Part shown: positions 14,316 through 29,363 of the stretch, one piece after another
Layout of the letters: each line of letters starts with the position of its first letter
Position numbering within the stretch: the stretch's first letter is position 1
From: Chrysomallon squamiferum
Taxonomy: Eukaryota; Animalia; Mollusca
Length of the DNA stretch: 64,000 nt
Reading direction: 5' to 3'
NCBI GenBank assembly: GCA_012295275.1
Contig: CM022672.1
Location: 2,170,001 to 2,234,000 of the forward strand
The notes under the pieces: generated by a model
Told to the model about the DNA's origin: nothing
What the model saw: the letters and a program-made list of their open reading frames with translations, nothing else
Database searches by the model: none
Position numbers and translations under genes: made by a program

Positions 14316-14591
14316 TATAGTAAATGTATTTTAAGTAAAAGTTAAAACTATGTGTATTCTGACAGAAGGATGAATCTACTGATCTTAGACTGTGAGACAT
14401 TTTATATTAAATTATTATCTTTTCCCAGTTTTGTATTTCCGACAGTTATCTTTGTGTTTATATTTGCAGTTGACGTAAACATCCTATCTTATCCATAATG
14501 CAAGTTTAATCAAGCCATTTTGTGTTTGCATCCAGCCCTTCAATCTTCAGTTTAGTAACAAAATTCAGAAACTGTTGTAAAAGCTCATCAG

Positions 14592-14592
<1 letters not shown>

Positions 14593-14668
<76 letters not shown>

Positions 14669-14675
14669 ACACACA
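14593..14675. repeat. (AC)n microsatellite
   Basis: Direct reading. Confidence 0.95.
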
Positions 14676-16203
14676 TATTTACAGTGTATTTAAATAATCT
14701 CCATTTTTGATATATTATAGATCATGGTGTTAATTCTGCAAGCCCATTTGATTAAACAAGAATTATATATTTTTTTATAATATTATTTATTTTATTAATA
14801 TTTTTTGTGGGGGTGGTATCAGTGATTTTTACATTTTAATAAATTCTTTACCAAACTGACATTTTTTATTTTTATTTTTTTTTCAAATTAAATTCAGTCT
14901 GAGTCATATATCTCTAATGGGCTTTTAATAAACACTGGTTCATAATGAAGTGTATTTAAATTTGTTTTATATGCACATAGAGCCATATGCTTGATAGATT
15001 CATGATTCAGTAATCATTAAAGCTAAAATCTTAGTTAGCATAATATGACAGTGTAGATATGACAATTAAAATTAGCAAGTGGGATAGGTAGGATTTTATA
15101 TATATTAGTTTTATCTAACCTTCTGACTACTTAGGTTACATGAATGTTTTCTATGGAAGCCAAATTTAATTTTTCTATAGGATTCCTTGATATGTTTATT
15201 TAACTATTATTGAGAATGATGAACCTCATAAAATATGTATTTATTTTTTATATACCAGGATAGGCCAAAGTTCAGAGTAGAGGCTTAGAATTCCTTGTTG
15301 TAATAGGAGTAATATCTCACACTCAGTAACTGACATTTTCACCCATTTCCAAAAAATATAAAAAATATAAAATAATAAATAAATAAAGAAAGAAAGAAAG
15401 AAAAATATAAATCACAAAAAATCTGATGGCAAAACTGTATTAGAAATAGACAGTATCTATAAATCATACTGGACCAATAAAAATTCAATTACAAACTGAT
15501 ATACTGTGACTTCTGAACCAGTCACTACAGTGAAGACATATCAAAACCATGTACAAGACATATCAAAACCATGTACAAGACATATCAAAACTATATACAC
15601 CAGATATCAAAACAGTGGTTGCCATAGTAGTCATTTCAGATATTTTAGAGATGTGTTTTAACCAGGAAACAAGTCCAACAAACCCCCACACCACAACCCC
15701 CCCCAAAACAAACAGTAACAACAACTACAACACAAAAACAGCAACCAAACTAAAGAATATTTTCTTCATTTTAAAAGAATCTTGACATCACCTTTACAAG
15801 AACACAATCCAGAAAATAATGTTTTGTCTACATTTTGTGACTAGGTGAAAATAGCATTAGATTTATCATTTTGCAGGCTATTCGTGATTTACTAAATTAT
15901 AATTTTTCTAGTGTTTATAGAACTGGACTATATTTGTTGGTTTTTTTTTTCCCTCATGGCAGACAGTGCAGAATTTAATCAGAATAGCACAATTTTAGAC
16001 TTCTGCAGCATATCTGATGTCTTTGCCATATGTCTAAAAACTAATGTGGGATTTGTGTCTAAGTATCTTGTAATCCTTCCTCTTATTTTCATAGAATTTA
16101 TACAGAATCTTAGAGTTTTTGTAATAAATATGAAATATATGTCACTTGACTAAATGAGGAATATGTATGTATATAATATAATATATGATGTGTGTGTGTG
16201 TTG

Positions 16204-16243
<40 letters not shown>

Positions 16244-16605
16244 TACACTAGTATTACATATAAAACTTACAACACAGACATCATACAGTGAATGTCCACA
16301 GTGGCAAGATATGATGCTAACGTTTTTAACATTAACAAATATTTTGTTTTGCAGCTGTTTTCTTTGAGTATTTTTTTTTATGAAACATGAAAAACAATCT
16401 ACTGCTATCAAAACAAAAGAGATTATTTGAAATATATATTTTTTTTTGTATTATTATTTAGTACTGAAGGATTGAAGAAATACCTGTTTGCTTAAAAATC
16501 TGCTTTATCATGCTCATGTTGAGTGGCAGTTGCAGTCTCTCTCTCTCTTTCTCTCTGCTTGATTGTGTATATATATATATGTGTGTATACAGTTATAGAT
16601 ATACA

Positions 16606-16606
<1 letters not shown>

Positions 16607-16656
<50 letters not shown>

Positions 16657-16680
16657 ATATATATATATATATGTATATAT
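16607..16680. repeat. (ATCT)n followed by (AT)n microsatellite
   Basis: Direct reading. Confidence 0.9.
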
Positions 16681-17449
16681 ATCAGATTACTGTGCACTAT
16701 TACAGTCAAGATTTTATCTTTTCTTTTTTTCTTTTTTCATTTACTTTTGTCTATAAAATTCATTAATCTTTTCTTTTTAATAATGTTTTAGTATCAACTT
16801 CAAAGTTAAGCAGAAAATTGGAATACTTAGTTTGATGAAATACAAAATAAAAAAATTCTTTATCAATTAAGGAAAGAAATTGGATGCTTTTTTATTTTTC
16901 TGTTTTCTTTTTTTAGAGAATCATCAAAGGGAGACGACAGACAAAGCATTGTCATGTTGTTTTTTTGTGTTTGTTAGTAATATTATACGATTCTTTAAAC
17001 TGACTATGTTATAGATTGCATATTATAATGGCAGATCAGAAGACATCATAGACAAACAAATTATAGTTAATGGCACAAAGTGTTTGAATAAGCATAAATT
17101 AAAATGAGTTGAATACAAGAATTAAAAACTTTTATCTTTATGATTACTGAGACACAACATATTATTTAATACATGGCTTAACTGTAAGAATGGTAAGAAT
17201 GACATAGGTATTGTGTAATGAAATATTAGGCTTCCAGCTATTTGCCTGTACTGTTTTGACTGACAGTAAAGAATTTTCTGCATGCACTCTCTCACAGAGA
17301 TAAGAGCATTATTATGTCAAAGCTTTCACAAAACAGTCAGGGAACACTGCTTGCAGTTGGAAATATTTCAAAAGGTGCATGCATCAATTCTGATCCTACT
17401 TGCTTTGAGCTGATCACTCACCAACAGCTCACTTCCCATACTATTAAAT

Positions 17450-17491
17450 ATGATGATGATAATAATATTATTATGTAATAACAATAATAAT

Positions 17492-17531
<40 letters not shown>

Positions 17532-17650
17532 GTAATAACAACAATAATGTTAATAAAGGATGCAGTAATAATGATATAATTAAAAACAACGGCAACAACA
17601 ACAACAACACAGGCAATAACAAAAGCAGCAGCTGTAATGACAGCAGCAAT
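17450..17650. repeat. (AAT/AAC)n trinucleotide tract
   Basis: Direct reading; source of the spurious poly-N and poly-L ORFs. Confidence 0.9.
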
Positions 17651-18135
17651 ATAAATAAATTGTAAAATATCACACAGACAAAAAAAGAAAATTAAAAAAA
17701 AATTCTACACTTGCAAACATTGACTCAGATACACTGGAAAAACAAGGCTCACGAGGGAACTATTTAATTTGAAATTGTGGGGGCTGTGTTAGACATACAT
17801 ACGTTATTTAGTGGGAGGTATTTTCTGCATTAGGTCATACTTCGTTGTGACTGGGCAATTATGTGGCTTCCTGAACCTTTGGAAGAGTCTGTAACTTGTG
17901 TAAGCTGATAATAATTGACAAACAACTGGAGAACTTGAGACTAATCCCAGAAGCATCCATCATCTGTACTGCCGGACAGATTATAATCTCACTGTGCAAT
18001 AATTGTTACAGAGTTGTCAAGAATTGGTCAATTGTAGTAGGTTTCTTCAAATTGTCATTTCGGTAGACTTATATTTGGCTTTTTTCTATATTATATAAGG
18101 CCATTTAGTGCCAGTGGACAACAATATAAGATGTG

Positions 18136-18191
<56 letters not shown>

Positions 18192-21169
18192 CGTGATGGA
18201 ATTGTCAAAGATTTGTAAATTATGGTTTATTTCTTCAAATCTTTAGTTGAAGCAGACACAAGTATGTACTACAAAGGATATGTATAAATATAACACTTAT
18301 ATGTAATATTTGTTATGGAATTATTAAGAATTCATCATTTACAGTTTGTTTCTTTAGATCTTTAGCTGAAATATTCTTCTGCTTGATATGAAGTGTTATG
18401 TTATTATGGAGTTATAATCATTTTCCTTTAATGAATTTGCAAATATTGTTAAATTTCACCAAAAATATTCATATACAGTATTAGATTAAAGTCTGGGTGA
18501 TTTGAAGCTGAACCTAAATTCACTGGGTCATTAGAACATATATAATGAAATATGCATATCAGCTATTGCAGTGTATTATGCTTGTAGTAACAGCTTGTAC
18601 AATAGCCACTTTCATTCTGGCTCAGTGGTTGTTTAATGTTCATATAATAACTGTATGTAGACACACATTCATGGACACAGATATGAAACACACATGCATA
18701 CATGCATACTTACAAAGCTCGGTTTGGTTAAATGGTTACAAAATTAACTACCACAGTAACAGTTAATTGTGAGCTTATCTTCACCGGGTGAATCATTCAT
18801 TGTACAATGGATACACATTGTTGTTTAAATAAAATATTAGTTTACACCAACTCATGCAGAAGAGGATAGAATTCAGATGGTTTGGTCACTGCCTATCAGT
18901 TAAAATGTTTAACAAACAAGTTATTCAATTTGACTGGGTCATATCTGAATTGGATAAGGTATTGGTAAGTATGTGTTGAAATTCATATATCAGGATGTAC
19001 CAAACATTCTGAGCTGGAAAGAGATCATAGAGAAGAATGGTGACTAAGTTAATAATTAAATAAACCAAAGATTGCTTTTTTTTAAAATTGTTTTACTGAG
19101 CCTTACAAAGTACAGAACCTTTGTTACAATCTGATAGTTTAAAAGAGGCAGGTCACAGCAGTATCTGTTAAAGCATTCACAGACCTGTTGATGAAATACT
19201 TAGTATGACTGGGTTAGTGATGAAATACACACAGGGTATGACTTGGTCAAGTAAGCTATTAGGAAATATTTTGTTTATGAAACAGCAGAAATACATACAG
19301 TTCAACAGGCTGGGTCATCTCTGCATCAGTCAGAATGTTAACACTAACATACAGAGCAGAAGTGACTCGACTGTGTGATTTCCTGTTAATAATATAACAA
19401 TCACACATTACTGAAATGCTCAGACAAAGATCAGTTTGTGTAGACCATTCCCCCAGGTATCATATTCTGTCAGGCAGACCAGTGTATCAGACACCAGGTA
19501 TGTTCTTTACTGTGGAAAGCTTCTCACTACTGGTTATTCTAAAGTTGTGTCCCTGTTATCAGCATGTTGGTCTGTTCTGACTAATGGAGTCTTTAGCTCT
19601 TTGCAGTAATTGATATGGTTTGTTTAAATTATACTGTTAAAACATCTTAATCTACTGAGTACCTGAATCATGTCTTCAGGAGCCAATATTATGAATTCTC
19701 CTTTAGCAGTCAAAATGCCCTGAATTACAACAGATTCTATTATATAGTCTTGTCACATCTTCACTGGTCCAATATGATATCTAAGGATTGTCAAAGTCCC
19801 TTTAAACAGACTTTCATGTTGTCTACTTTTAACATAGCTAAACTTAGGATATTTGTCTTGGAGTAGAAATTAAATGTAACAGCAGAATTATATGTGACAA
19901 GATAATGTATAACATTAGTAATGATTAGAAAACTGGTTTGTTTTTTCACAAATTCAGTTTTGTTCCATATGTTAAATTATACTGAATATTGGTTTTGAGA
20001 ATAAGAAATTTCTCTTCTTTTTATGCTTGTAAGTTAAAAATGTTCTGAATATAGTAAGATTTGTTTCTGTTCAGTTCCATAAGTTAAATAATACTCAGTA
20101 TTAAACAATACTTAGTACTATTTTTGAGAATGATATTTTTAAATTGTTTTGAATAATGGTTCAGAGAATAGTAATGGTTTCTGGCAAAAATAAAAATTCT
20201 TTCTCTTTAGTTGTGCACATACAAGCCAACAACTGCAATTCATCCATCCAACCATCCATCCATCCATCATTCATCCATCCATACACAGTATATATGTGCA
20301 TGCATTCATATGTAAAAAAACATACATATACACACATACATACATATATACATACACATACACACATACATACATATATACATTTTCATAAAATACAACA
20401 TGTGCATATACACACTAACACACACACGCATACATACATACATACATACATTCATTCATGTTTACACAAGAACACTTATATACACCCACGCACTACTACA
20501 TATAGTCTCTCTATATCAACAGCACTAACAAATTTTTCATTTGCAAACAAAACGTTCATTACAGTCTCTCGTTAAAGCTTAGAAAATACCTGATCTTTGA
20601 TTAAACAATGTAGTTTCTCTCTTCCTTCATTAAAGACAGCAGATTAATGTCACATTGTTTTGTGTGGTCTAGCTCTCTTTGTTAACAAATAAATGCAAAA
20701 ATAAACTAATATCCCTCTTTTAACAAATAGATGCACTAATAAAAATCTCCCCCTCTCTCTCTCTTTTGTGCTCTGTGGGAACGATAATGTTGTCACTATT
20801 TACATACCAAATTGTTGTCAGTATGCTTTTAATGCAATGTGTAATAGAAAATGTCAGACATGACATTCTTTAATGTGGAAACCTCTTTAGCTCTCCAAAG
20901 TAATTGCTGCCACGATTGTGTGTTCCAGCACAGGTACTGCCCTACTGTGCAAGGCAGACATTAGTTTTGGATGTCAGCGTCAACAAACATTTTCCTTAAT
21001 TGATGACCAGAATGGTAAGGATTGTATCATGTGTCACAGACCATGAATACTGAACAGGTAATTATTTCTTTATGGCTTGTCTGATGGTGGGTCCTGGTCC
21101 AGTGGTTTTCATCTTTAAAATCAAACTGCTGTATGTCACAAATCTTCTTGGTTCATTTTCTTTCAGTGT

Positions 21170-21620
21170 GTCTCTTGGCTAATTCTTCTACTGTACATCC
21201 TAGCTACTTCTGTTGATGTACATTCTGGCTATTTCTCTTGATACTCATGTTGGCTACTGTTCATGCACATGCTTACTGTTTTTTTTTACATTTTCATGTA
21301 AATGCACATTCTGGCTACTTCTGTTGATGTGTAATCTGGTTGTTTATGTTGAGATAAATTTTAACTGTTTTTAATGATGTACATTCTGGCTACTTCCACT
21401 GATGTAAATGTTGACTGTTTTTAATGATGTACATTCTGGCTACTTCCATTGATGTAAATGTTGACTGTTTTTAATGATGTACATTCTGGCTACTTCCATT
21501 GATGTAAATGTTGACTGTTTTTAATGATGTACATTCTGGCTTCTTCCACTGATGTAAATGTTGACTGCTTCTGGTGGATGAACAGTCTGACTTCTTCTGC
21601 TGGTGTTTATGCTGGTTATT
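21170..21620. repeat. Minisatellite, 50-bp unit core (2x25) with degenerate 25-mer flanks
   Basis: TTAATGATGTACATTCTGGC recurs at 21371, 21421, 21471 and 21521. Looser 25-mer copies lie on either side. Confidence 0.9.
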
Positions 21621-21889
21621 TTCTTTGGTGTTTGTCTTTGAACTAATTCCCTTGGGTTGGACATAACTTCAGGCTCCTTTTGTCAGTTCATCCACCTGGG
21701 AAGGACAATGATTAAGTGTTTAGAATATTAATACAAGGAAATAAATGTCAGAATTTTCAATAGAACTATTGGTGCATATCCCATTCCAACCTATACTCCA
21801 TACAGAAGAATAACAATTATTTTCTGTATAATAATCAGTATATAGCTAAGATTTCAGTGATTCCAATTTTCATCTAATGAAATGTAGAT

Positions 21890-22060
21890 CATGAGATCAG
21901 TTGTCTCTGATGAAACCCAGTGGACTATTTTCCAGTCTGCTAGAGTTTGTGAAAGACTGATGATGTATGTGTTTTCCTGTCTGTGACTGAATTATGATGA
22001 AACCTTTGCTGCTAATTGATAACAGTAGCCACTGGAGTGGTGATGTTGTCACTTCTCATA
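21890..22060 (+). mobile_element. Degraded SINE copy, same family
   Basis: gtatgtgttttcctgtctgtg...cctttgctgctaattga...agtagccac aligns to the reverse complement of the 29364-29666 core. Confidence 0.6.
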
Positions 22061-23134
22061 TATATCATCACTGTACAAAAACTTTGAGTTTCACACTAAT
22101 AACCATTAGCATCACAAAATGCTGAGGTCCTATTACACCATTTTTCATTCATATGCATTCAGCATAACTCTCTGATATGTCACAAAAATCATTATAGCTG
22201 GGTTTTGTTTTTCCCTGTTGTAATGAAACAAGTTTAATATACTGTCAAAAAAAAAAAAATGAAGTTATAGATTATGCAATACAGTCAGATTTGAAATGAT
22301 AAAACAAATGCAGTATAATATCTTTCTGACAAACATACACATGATCCTCCATAAATATACAAATGTGAAATATATTTTGCAGAATGAAAAGACTGGCCCT
22401 TGAAAGGAAACACTGGGTTTCTGCTCTCATATAAACATACCACAAAACAAACAAACAAACAAAGAAAAAAAGAGAGAAAAAAAAAAATGCATACATTGAG
22501 GTACTATTCCATGATTCACACACAGTTATGATGCAAGAAATATGCGTCTGACATCTACTATTCATTATATCACTAAATCATTTTATTTAAAAATCACAAC
22601 AACAAAAAATCCCTTCTGAGATAAGTCTTGAAAACATGCTCTGTTTTTTCACTTCCTCTGGTATGCAAGTGTAATGAGAACAAATTACACTTTTAAGTTG
22701 CCAATTCTTCTTGCTTTAGTGGCTACTTCATCTTGCAGATCTCCTTCCACTGGCACATGGTGTGTTTTGATGCCTCTGATAAAGCAGTTGTTTATCTTGA
22801 TATATCACTTTTATCACCTTGATAACCATCTATGATTGTTCTTCAATCTGCGAAAAAACTCCCACAAAAGATTTACTGTACCATCAGTGATATTTGAACA
22901 TTTTTATATATATGTACTGAAATTTCTTTTCTTTTTTTGTGAGACCTGGCTAGAACATTATACTTAACTTTTTAAAATCTGTTTTATGCTTTTATTTTGC
23001 TTTTAAACCTTTTCTTTTTAAAACTGCATTTAAATTGATTAATTGTAAAAATGATGGCATCTTAATAATTAGTGATAAAGGAAGTAAAGACATGCTTTGT
23101 TTAATTTTATTTAACTTTCAGTCTTTTGTTATAC

Positions 23135-23260
23135 AGGACATTCCAGTTTGTTAAATATCACATAATAAGGGAGGAAACCCACTGTGATGGGTTATTATTT
23201 TTTTGTTTAGCAAGAAGCATTCATTTATGTCTCACCTTCTCATAGACAGTAGTCTTTGAT
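23135..23260 (-). mobile_element. Degraded SINE fragment, same family
   Basis: gaggaaacccactg...tgggtta...ttagcaag...catagacag. The GAGGAAACCCACTG block is identical to the one in the 29364 copy. Confidence 0.5.
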
Positions 23261-26200
23261 GGAATAAAGCCCAGACAGTATTTAGTGAAGGTTTTTAAGT
23301 GCACTGTAAGTGCAATGAGTCTAAAGACAAATGTTATGATTTAATGAAATGATATAAGTAACAAACTGACATTACAGGACTTTAAAAAGATTAGCATATC
23401 AAAGTATATATTATTAAAACACTTTTTTTTTTAAAGAGTAAAAACTTTAATGTTTCATAAGGCACCATGTTTTAATTGGTTTATCAAAATCTACAATTTC
23501 CATTTTCTGTGTATAGAAAGGAGGTGTTATTTTAAGAATTTTGTTGTTATGATATATAATTTTAATATCCCTTGCTGTTATTTGGGAAAAAAGAATTACC
23601 CTTTGCTTGGTGTTTGTAGATTTCCTGTCTTGTTATCTGAAAGGAATTATGTATGATGCCATAAAATTATGTGATAACAGTGTCTGAGCACTTCATTAAA
23701 AAACATTTATTCCTTCTCAAAGTTCTAGAAGTTTCATGACAGTAAAAGTATTCATTCTATCTAGACTGAATGCAAAACATAATTATTGCAATTATAAAAC
23801 ACTTTTCTATATTTTGTCTTAAATATTTTTGTATGTTTCTGTTTTAATTAACCCTTGCATAATACTTCTTGAATAACAATGTTTGTAAGACTCAGTAATC
23901 TTATTTCCCTTTGATTTTAAATGACTGTGTAAATTTCAAACAATTCTAAGATGAAAACATCTGCTTTGTGAGCACAATATTGGATTTAGAGGAAGTATGT
24001 AATTCAAACTGTTTAGCTCAAAAGTGAAACTGCTTGGTTAGGTTAATAATAGAGGTTTCATTTAAAAACAAAATACATCTTTTATTTGAGAAACACAGAT
24101 GTAGCATTTGTCCAGAGCTTTTCTTAAAGATGTGTTCACTGTTAGAGCTTTTTCATTTGAGAAATGGAGGTTGATAGAACATCCATTCAAGCAGTAGAGT
24201 TTTCAGTTAAATGGCAGAATGTCCATTAAGCACAAGTTTAGTTCAATGCAGAGCCTATTTGATTTGATGTATGTCTTTCATTTGAAAAGTAGAGCTTTTA
24301 TTTCAGAAATGCAGCCTTCATGGGAGATATAGAGTTTTCATACAGCAGTAAAGCTAAGAAAATTAATTCTAGATATATTTTATTAACTGATAGAACATGT
24401 TTGATGTGGCATGGAGCTTTGTTTTGAGATGCTTTTATCAGAGAGATAAATCCTGATTCAGTAGGATGGATGTTTTAATAAAGTTTAAAAGTTCCAGCAT
24501 GTTGAAATGACAGTGTGGGGAGATAGCTGTAAACAAATATGAATTATTTCAGGGTTTTTCTTGCTTTTTTGGGTTTTTTTTATACAGATAACAAGAATAT
24601 TAATACTGTTAGCTTTATTAGTTTGACAATGATATTTAGTAAACTTATTTTTCTGTTGAATTTGATTAATAATAGTCATCTTATCAACTGTTTAAAAAAA
24701 TGTCATATTTCTGTGACAGAAAGTACAAAACTTGCATGCTTCATACTGCTTTATGCTGCTTACAACACGCTTTAATTCCTTAGTAATTTCCACCTTTAAT
24801 TTCCTAAACTCAGATTTCAGCCTATAAATATATTCAGCACCACTGTCACTATTGTTTTTATTCTTTTCTTTCTTTTTTTTAAATATATGTTCATTATAAT
24901 GGATTGTCAAAGGAAACTGTTAGAATTAAGATATCAAAATACGAAGAAAGAAAGAATTTAAGATTAGAATTTGAGATTTGCAAAACACGGTGATGGTCAT
25001 GGGTTTTCATGCTGCATGCAATAGTTGAATCACAAGTTAGATTCATTTCCATTTTATTGGATTAAGATGGCTGGGTTTCCTTGCATGCTTTAATTCTGAT
25101 TCTTTATGTCATCTTCATACTGTATTTTTTTAAAAAAAAAAGAAGTGAAAAGAAATGTTAAGGAGAATGAAGTACAAGTACAGAGCAGGCAATATTATTT
25201 TCTTCTTTGCTTTCAAGTTTACTTTCCTAAGTTGATAAATATGCTAAAATGATTAAAGCTGGATGCGTAACATGCATGTTATCATTGTCAGAGCACTATG
25301 ATGGATGAGAGATTTTTTTTTTGTATTGGAAATAAACTAAGTATATATTATTTTATTCCATCAAATCCTGAGATTCTTATGTTAATTTTCTCTGTTAGAT
25401 TCAGGGATGAATTTGGATGAATTTGGTATTTTTTTCTCCTGTTATTTTTAATGCTCTTATTACTTAACATTCAGCTGTCTGTGAATGAATGGTATTTTTA
25501 TACTATCAATAATTTATTAAAATTTTATGTTGTTTTTAATCTGTTGCTCTCTGGTACGGAAACTCAAACTGACCAATCACATGTTGATCACACCACTGAT
25601 ATTTAATGGCCATCACCAGCATTAACAGTTGTTGAACATCAACATTATTTTCAATTTTAAGATTTACCACATACACACATATGGCTACTATTATGTATAA
25701 ATAGTTTTATGTTTCATTAGCATTAAATATGTAAAACAAAAATATCTGTGACACACATGCTTCTTATCAAATGTTCTGTATGCAGCTGGGAAATATAGCC
25801 ACAGACTTTGTGAACATTTGAACTGAGCTGTTCTGCAGTCACTTACAGTGTTGTGAACATTTGAACTGAACTGTTCTGTGGTCACTCACAATGACTGAAA
25901 GGCCAGTTGACAAATCAAACACTGTTCTTTTCTCGTGCAGACGCCACTGTTCAGTCATTATCGATGCTTCATGTGTCATGTCACAGATGAATGGGGAAAC
26001 TGCTTGAGGCAAGTGACAAAAGATCAAAAATCATTAATACAGATATTGAATATCTTTTTCTTCTTCTGTTTTTTTAATTTTATTATTGTTGTTGTAATTT
26101 CTTTTAGCATATCATTGTACATTGATGCTGGTATGTGTATAACGGTAAATAAATGTGTCTCTCAGCATATTTTTTTTTTTTCCATTCTACCTGCTTCTTT

Positions 26201-27916
26201 GTCTATTTATTATCTATCTATCTATCTATCTTCTTGCCTATCCATTTACGTGTCAATCAGTCTGTTAAAATCTGTTTGTCTGTCCATCCATCCATCTAAC
26301 CATCTTTCTGTCTATGTATCTGTTTATTCAAAGTATCTCAGTAATTGTGGGTACATGTTACGTTTGTATAATATTAATGATAATGACAGAAGAAACATAA
26401 TCAGATATAATGGGCTTCGCTTCTTTCATATACAAAAAACCACACTCACACACTCACACATACATTCATATATACAAGCATGCACACATACACACATGCA
26501 CACTCAAACACACACACACACACATTTATTTATCTGACACTCATTTACCAAAACACTTTCCTTTAGCTATTGTTCTTCAAGATTAATAATTCTAATAATA
26601 ATTTTCATACAACTGATCATGACTTTTCTAGCTTTCTACTTTCCTCCATCAGTTTGCCAGTAAGTTGGTCAATCAATGAGCTATTTGTGTGGATGACACT
26701 GAATTAGACAGAAACTGAATATCTTTCACAGCATCTTAGTCACAGGTTTGTCCACAGACTGGCTATGTGATGTGACTTCTGGTGCAAGTGCTACGTGACT
26801 GAAATTCAGGACTGGAGACCATTTCTCTTATTAAAGACCAAACATCACATCTGTTACTTCACTGCATTTCCTCCAACTTGTTGACCTAATATGGCAGTGC
26901 CAAGACCAGGAAACAAACTTCAATGCATGTTCATGTACTTTGATATTAAACTTTACTTGTCTCCGGGGAATGGAAATGATAATTGGGTAACGAAGCTTGA
27001 ATAGCTGGCTTTGTTAGGAAGAGAGTGACCTTGGTGACTTGACAGGTTAGTGTTTACAAAAGAGTAGCACTGACCAGTCCAGTTTAGAAGATGACCACAG
27101 TAAATCAAGTCTGTGCAATTAATTATGTGTAAATCCAGGAGTCATTTATTGGAACTTTAGTAGCATGTCAACAAGAACGTAATCAACATAATGTAAGATT
27201 GTTGTAAAGAACTACTGCTACCACTGTGACAATAACTGTTACTACTATTACTATTACTACTGCAACAACTACAATAACAACTTACTACTGACAAACCTAG
27301 TATTATAACTATTATAAACTACAACAGTATCTATTACAACAGCCATTGCTGCTATTAAAAAAAGATTAGTTACAGGAGTGTGATTATTAGCTCTGCAGCA
27401 AAAGAACTATAAATACAACTAGCATTTGAATCGTTGTACTACTAATAAATGAATAAATAAATAAACAAATGCCTTCACATGTTATTGAAATATAGTATTT
27501 TAAATGTACAAAAGCACAGTAAGTAAAAAAAAAAAAATATATATATGTATGTTCTTGATCTAAAAGGAAAATGTAAAAAACAAAAATGAGGCTAATTACT
27601 GTTTAACAAACATACAAACAAACAAACAAACAAATAAATAAATTTTATACAATAAATTAATGAATAAAGTAACATCCGCAAAAAACTCACAGTTGGAGAC
27701 AGATGTTAATTCTAGTTTAGTCAGGTTAGCAACAACAACTTTCATGTTTTGTATCAAATTATAGATTATGTTGTCTACATATCTGTTATAATCAATCCAA
27801 ATTATACTCAAGACTTTTTAAAGGATAAAAATCTTCTGGTAATAATAACAGCTGAAAACATACAGACATAATTTACTTTTTTTTTTTATTGTTGTTGTTT
27901 TTCATAATAGAGAAGA

Positions 27917-28293
27917 CTGTAGATCAGGTGTGGAGTACTTGCTGTAGATCGGCTGTTGATTTATGGCTGTAGATCAGGTATGGAGTACTTGCTGTAGATC
28001 GGCTGTTGATTTATGGCTGTAGATCAGGTATGGAGTACATGCTGTAGATCAGCTGTGGATTTATGGCTATAGATCAGGTATGGAGTACTTGCTGTAGATC
28101 GGCTGTGTATTTATGGCTGTAGATCAGGTGTGGAGTACATGCTGTAGATCGGCTGTGGATTTATGGCTGTAGATCAGGTATGGAGTACTTGCTGTAGATT
28201 GGCTGTGGATTTATGATTGTAGATCAGGTATGGAGTACTTGCTGTAGATTGGCTGTGGATTTATGATTGTAGATCAGGTATGGAGTACTTGCT
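27917..28293. repeat. Minisatellite, 50-bp unit (two related 25-mers), ~7.5 copies
   Basis: AGATCAGGT recurs at 27921, 27971, 28021, 28071, 28121, 28171, 28221 and 28271. Confidence 0.95.
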
Positions 28294-29363
28294 TTAAACA
28301 TGATTGGTTAGAAGTTTAGTTCTATTTGGGGCTTCCCATTTATCTATTCATCATTCCAAATAGTGTTCATTGACTTTGATATGTATGGAATGGTACATGT
28401 GTGTTTCTTTTTAATGTCGATTTTGCATTCATTTGTTGTTCTTTCTTGACTCATTCACCGTCCATTCTGCTAGTAGTAACGATGTGGTCATTATCAGCGC
28501 ATTGTGGAGGACAAATGGAGAAGATTATTTGTCTTCTGAAATAGTTCTTCAGCTGAACCTCAATAATTAATGGTCTTTCAGACCTGTAATGATACTGCCA
28601 GTTTTCTGTGAGATATGGTGATGATGTTCTTTAGACTACACATCAAAGGTGTTTAGCAAGTATTGGTGGCCATGTTAATAACATAATTCACGGCATTTAG
28701 CTTGTCGCTGCTGCTGTTGTGACTTGTCCAGTGTTAATTTGGAAGCACTTGTGAAACATGCCAGTCTTCTACAGACCTTGCACTTAATTTACAAACAGGC
28801 TAAATGGTGAATACTTTATTGCTGAATGCCTGAATGGATGCAGGCAGAGCGTATGTACAAGCTTATTCAGTATTCAAAGCATGTTTATACATAGCTGTGT
28901 GAGCAGTAACAGTCAGTCACACCTTGGTGCTGTTTTATTGATTCATCATTTTTGTGGTTCATTTGGAATGGGGAATGTTTTCAGTATGACAGCTGCTATT
29001 CGTCTGTCCAACACAATCTGTGTTAGGGTCAGTATGTTAAAGAATTAATTGCAGCTAAAAGATAGTGTGGAAGTTTTACACCAGCCCATTTACCTTTGTT
29101 TTTGGATCCAGCACAAGGAATTGATCCCTGTACTCTACCACCTGTATGCATCAAGTTTGCATCAAGCCTGTTCCTAGTCTCTGTTGGAGCATTAATAATG
29201 AATGAGTGTAAACATTAGAACATTATATGAAAGGTTTCAGAGCAGACATGTAAAAATATCAATATGTCATGGGTGGCTGAATTTGCTTAACGGAACAGCA
29301 GCATGTTTAAGCTTCAGATAATAAACAAGTGTAATGAAAGTTTCAGAACAGTAAACTCAAAAA

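Noticed and set aside
27917-28293. CRISPR-like regularly spaced repeats
   Set aside because: The intervening segments are themselves repeated, so there are no unique spacers. There are no cas genes and the context is eukaryotic. It is a minisatellite.
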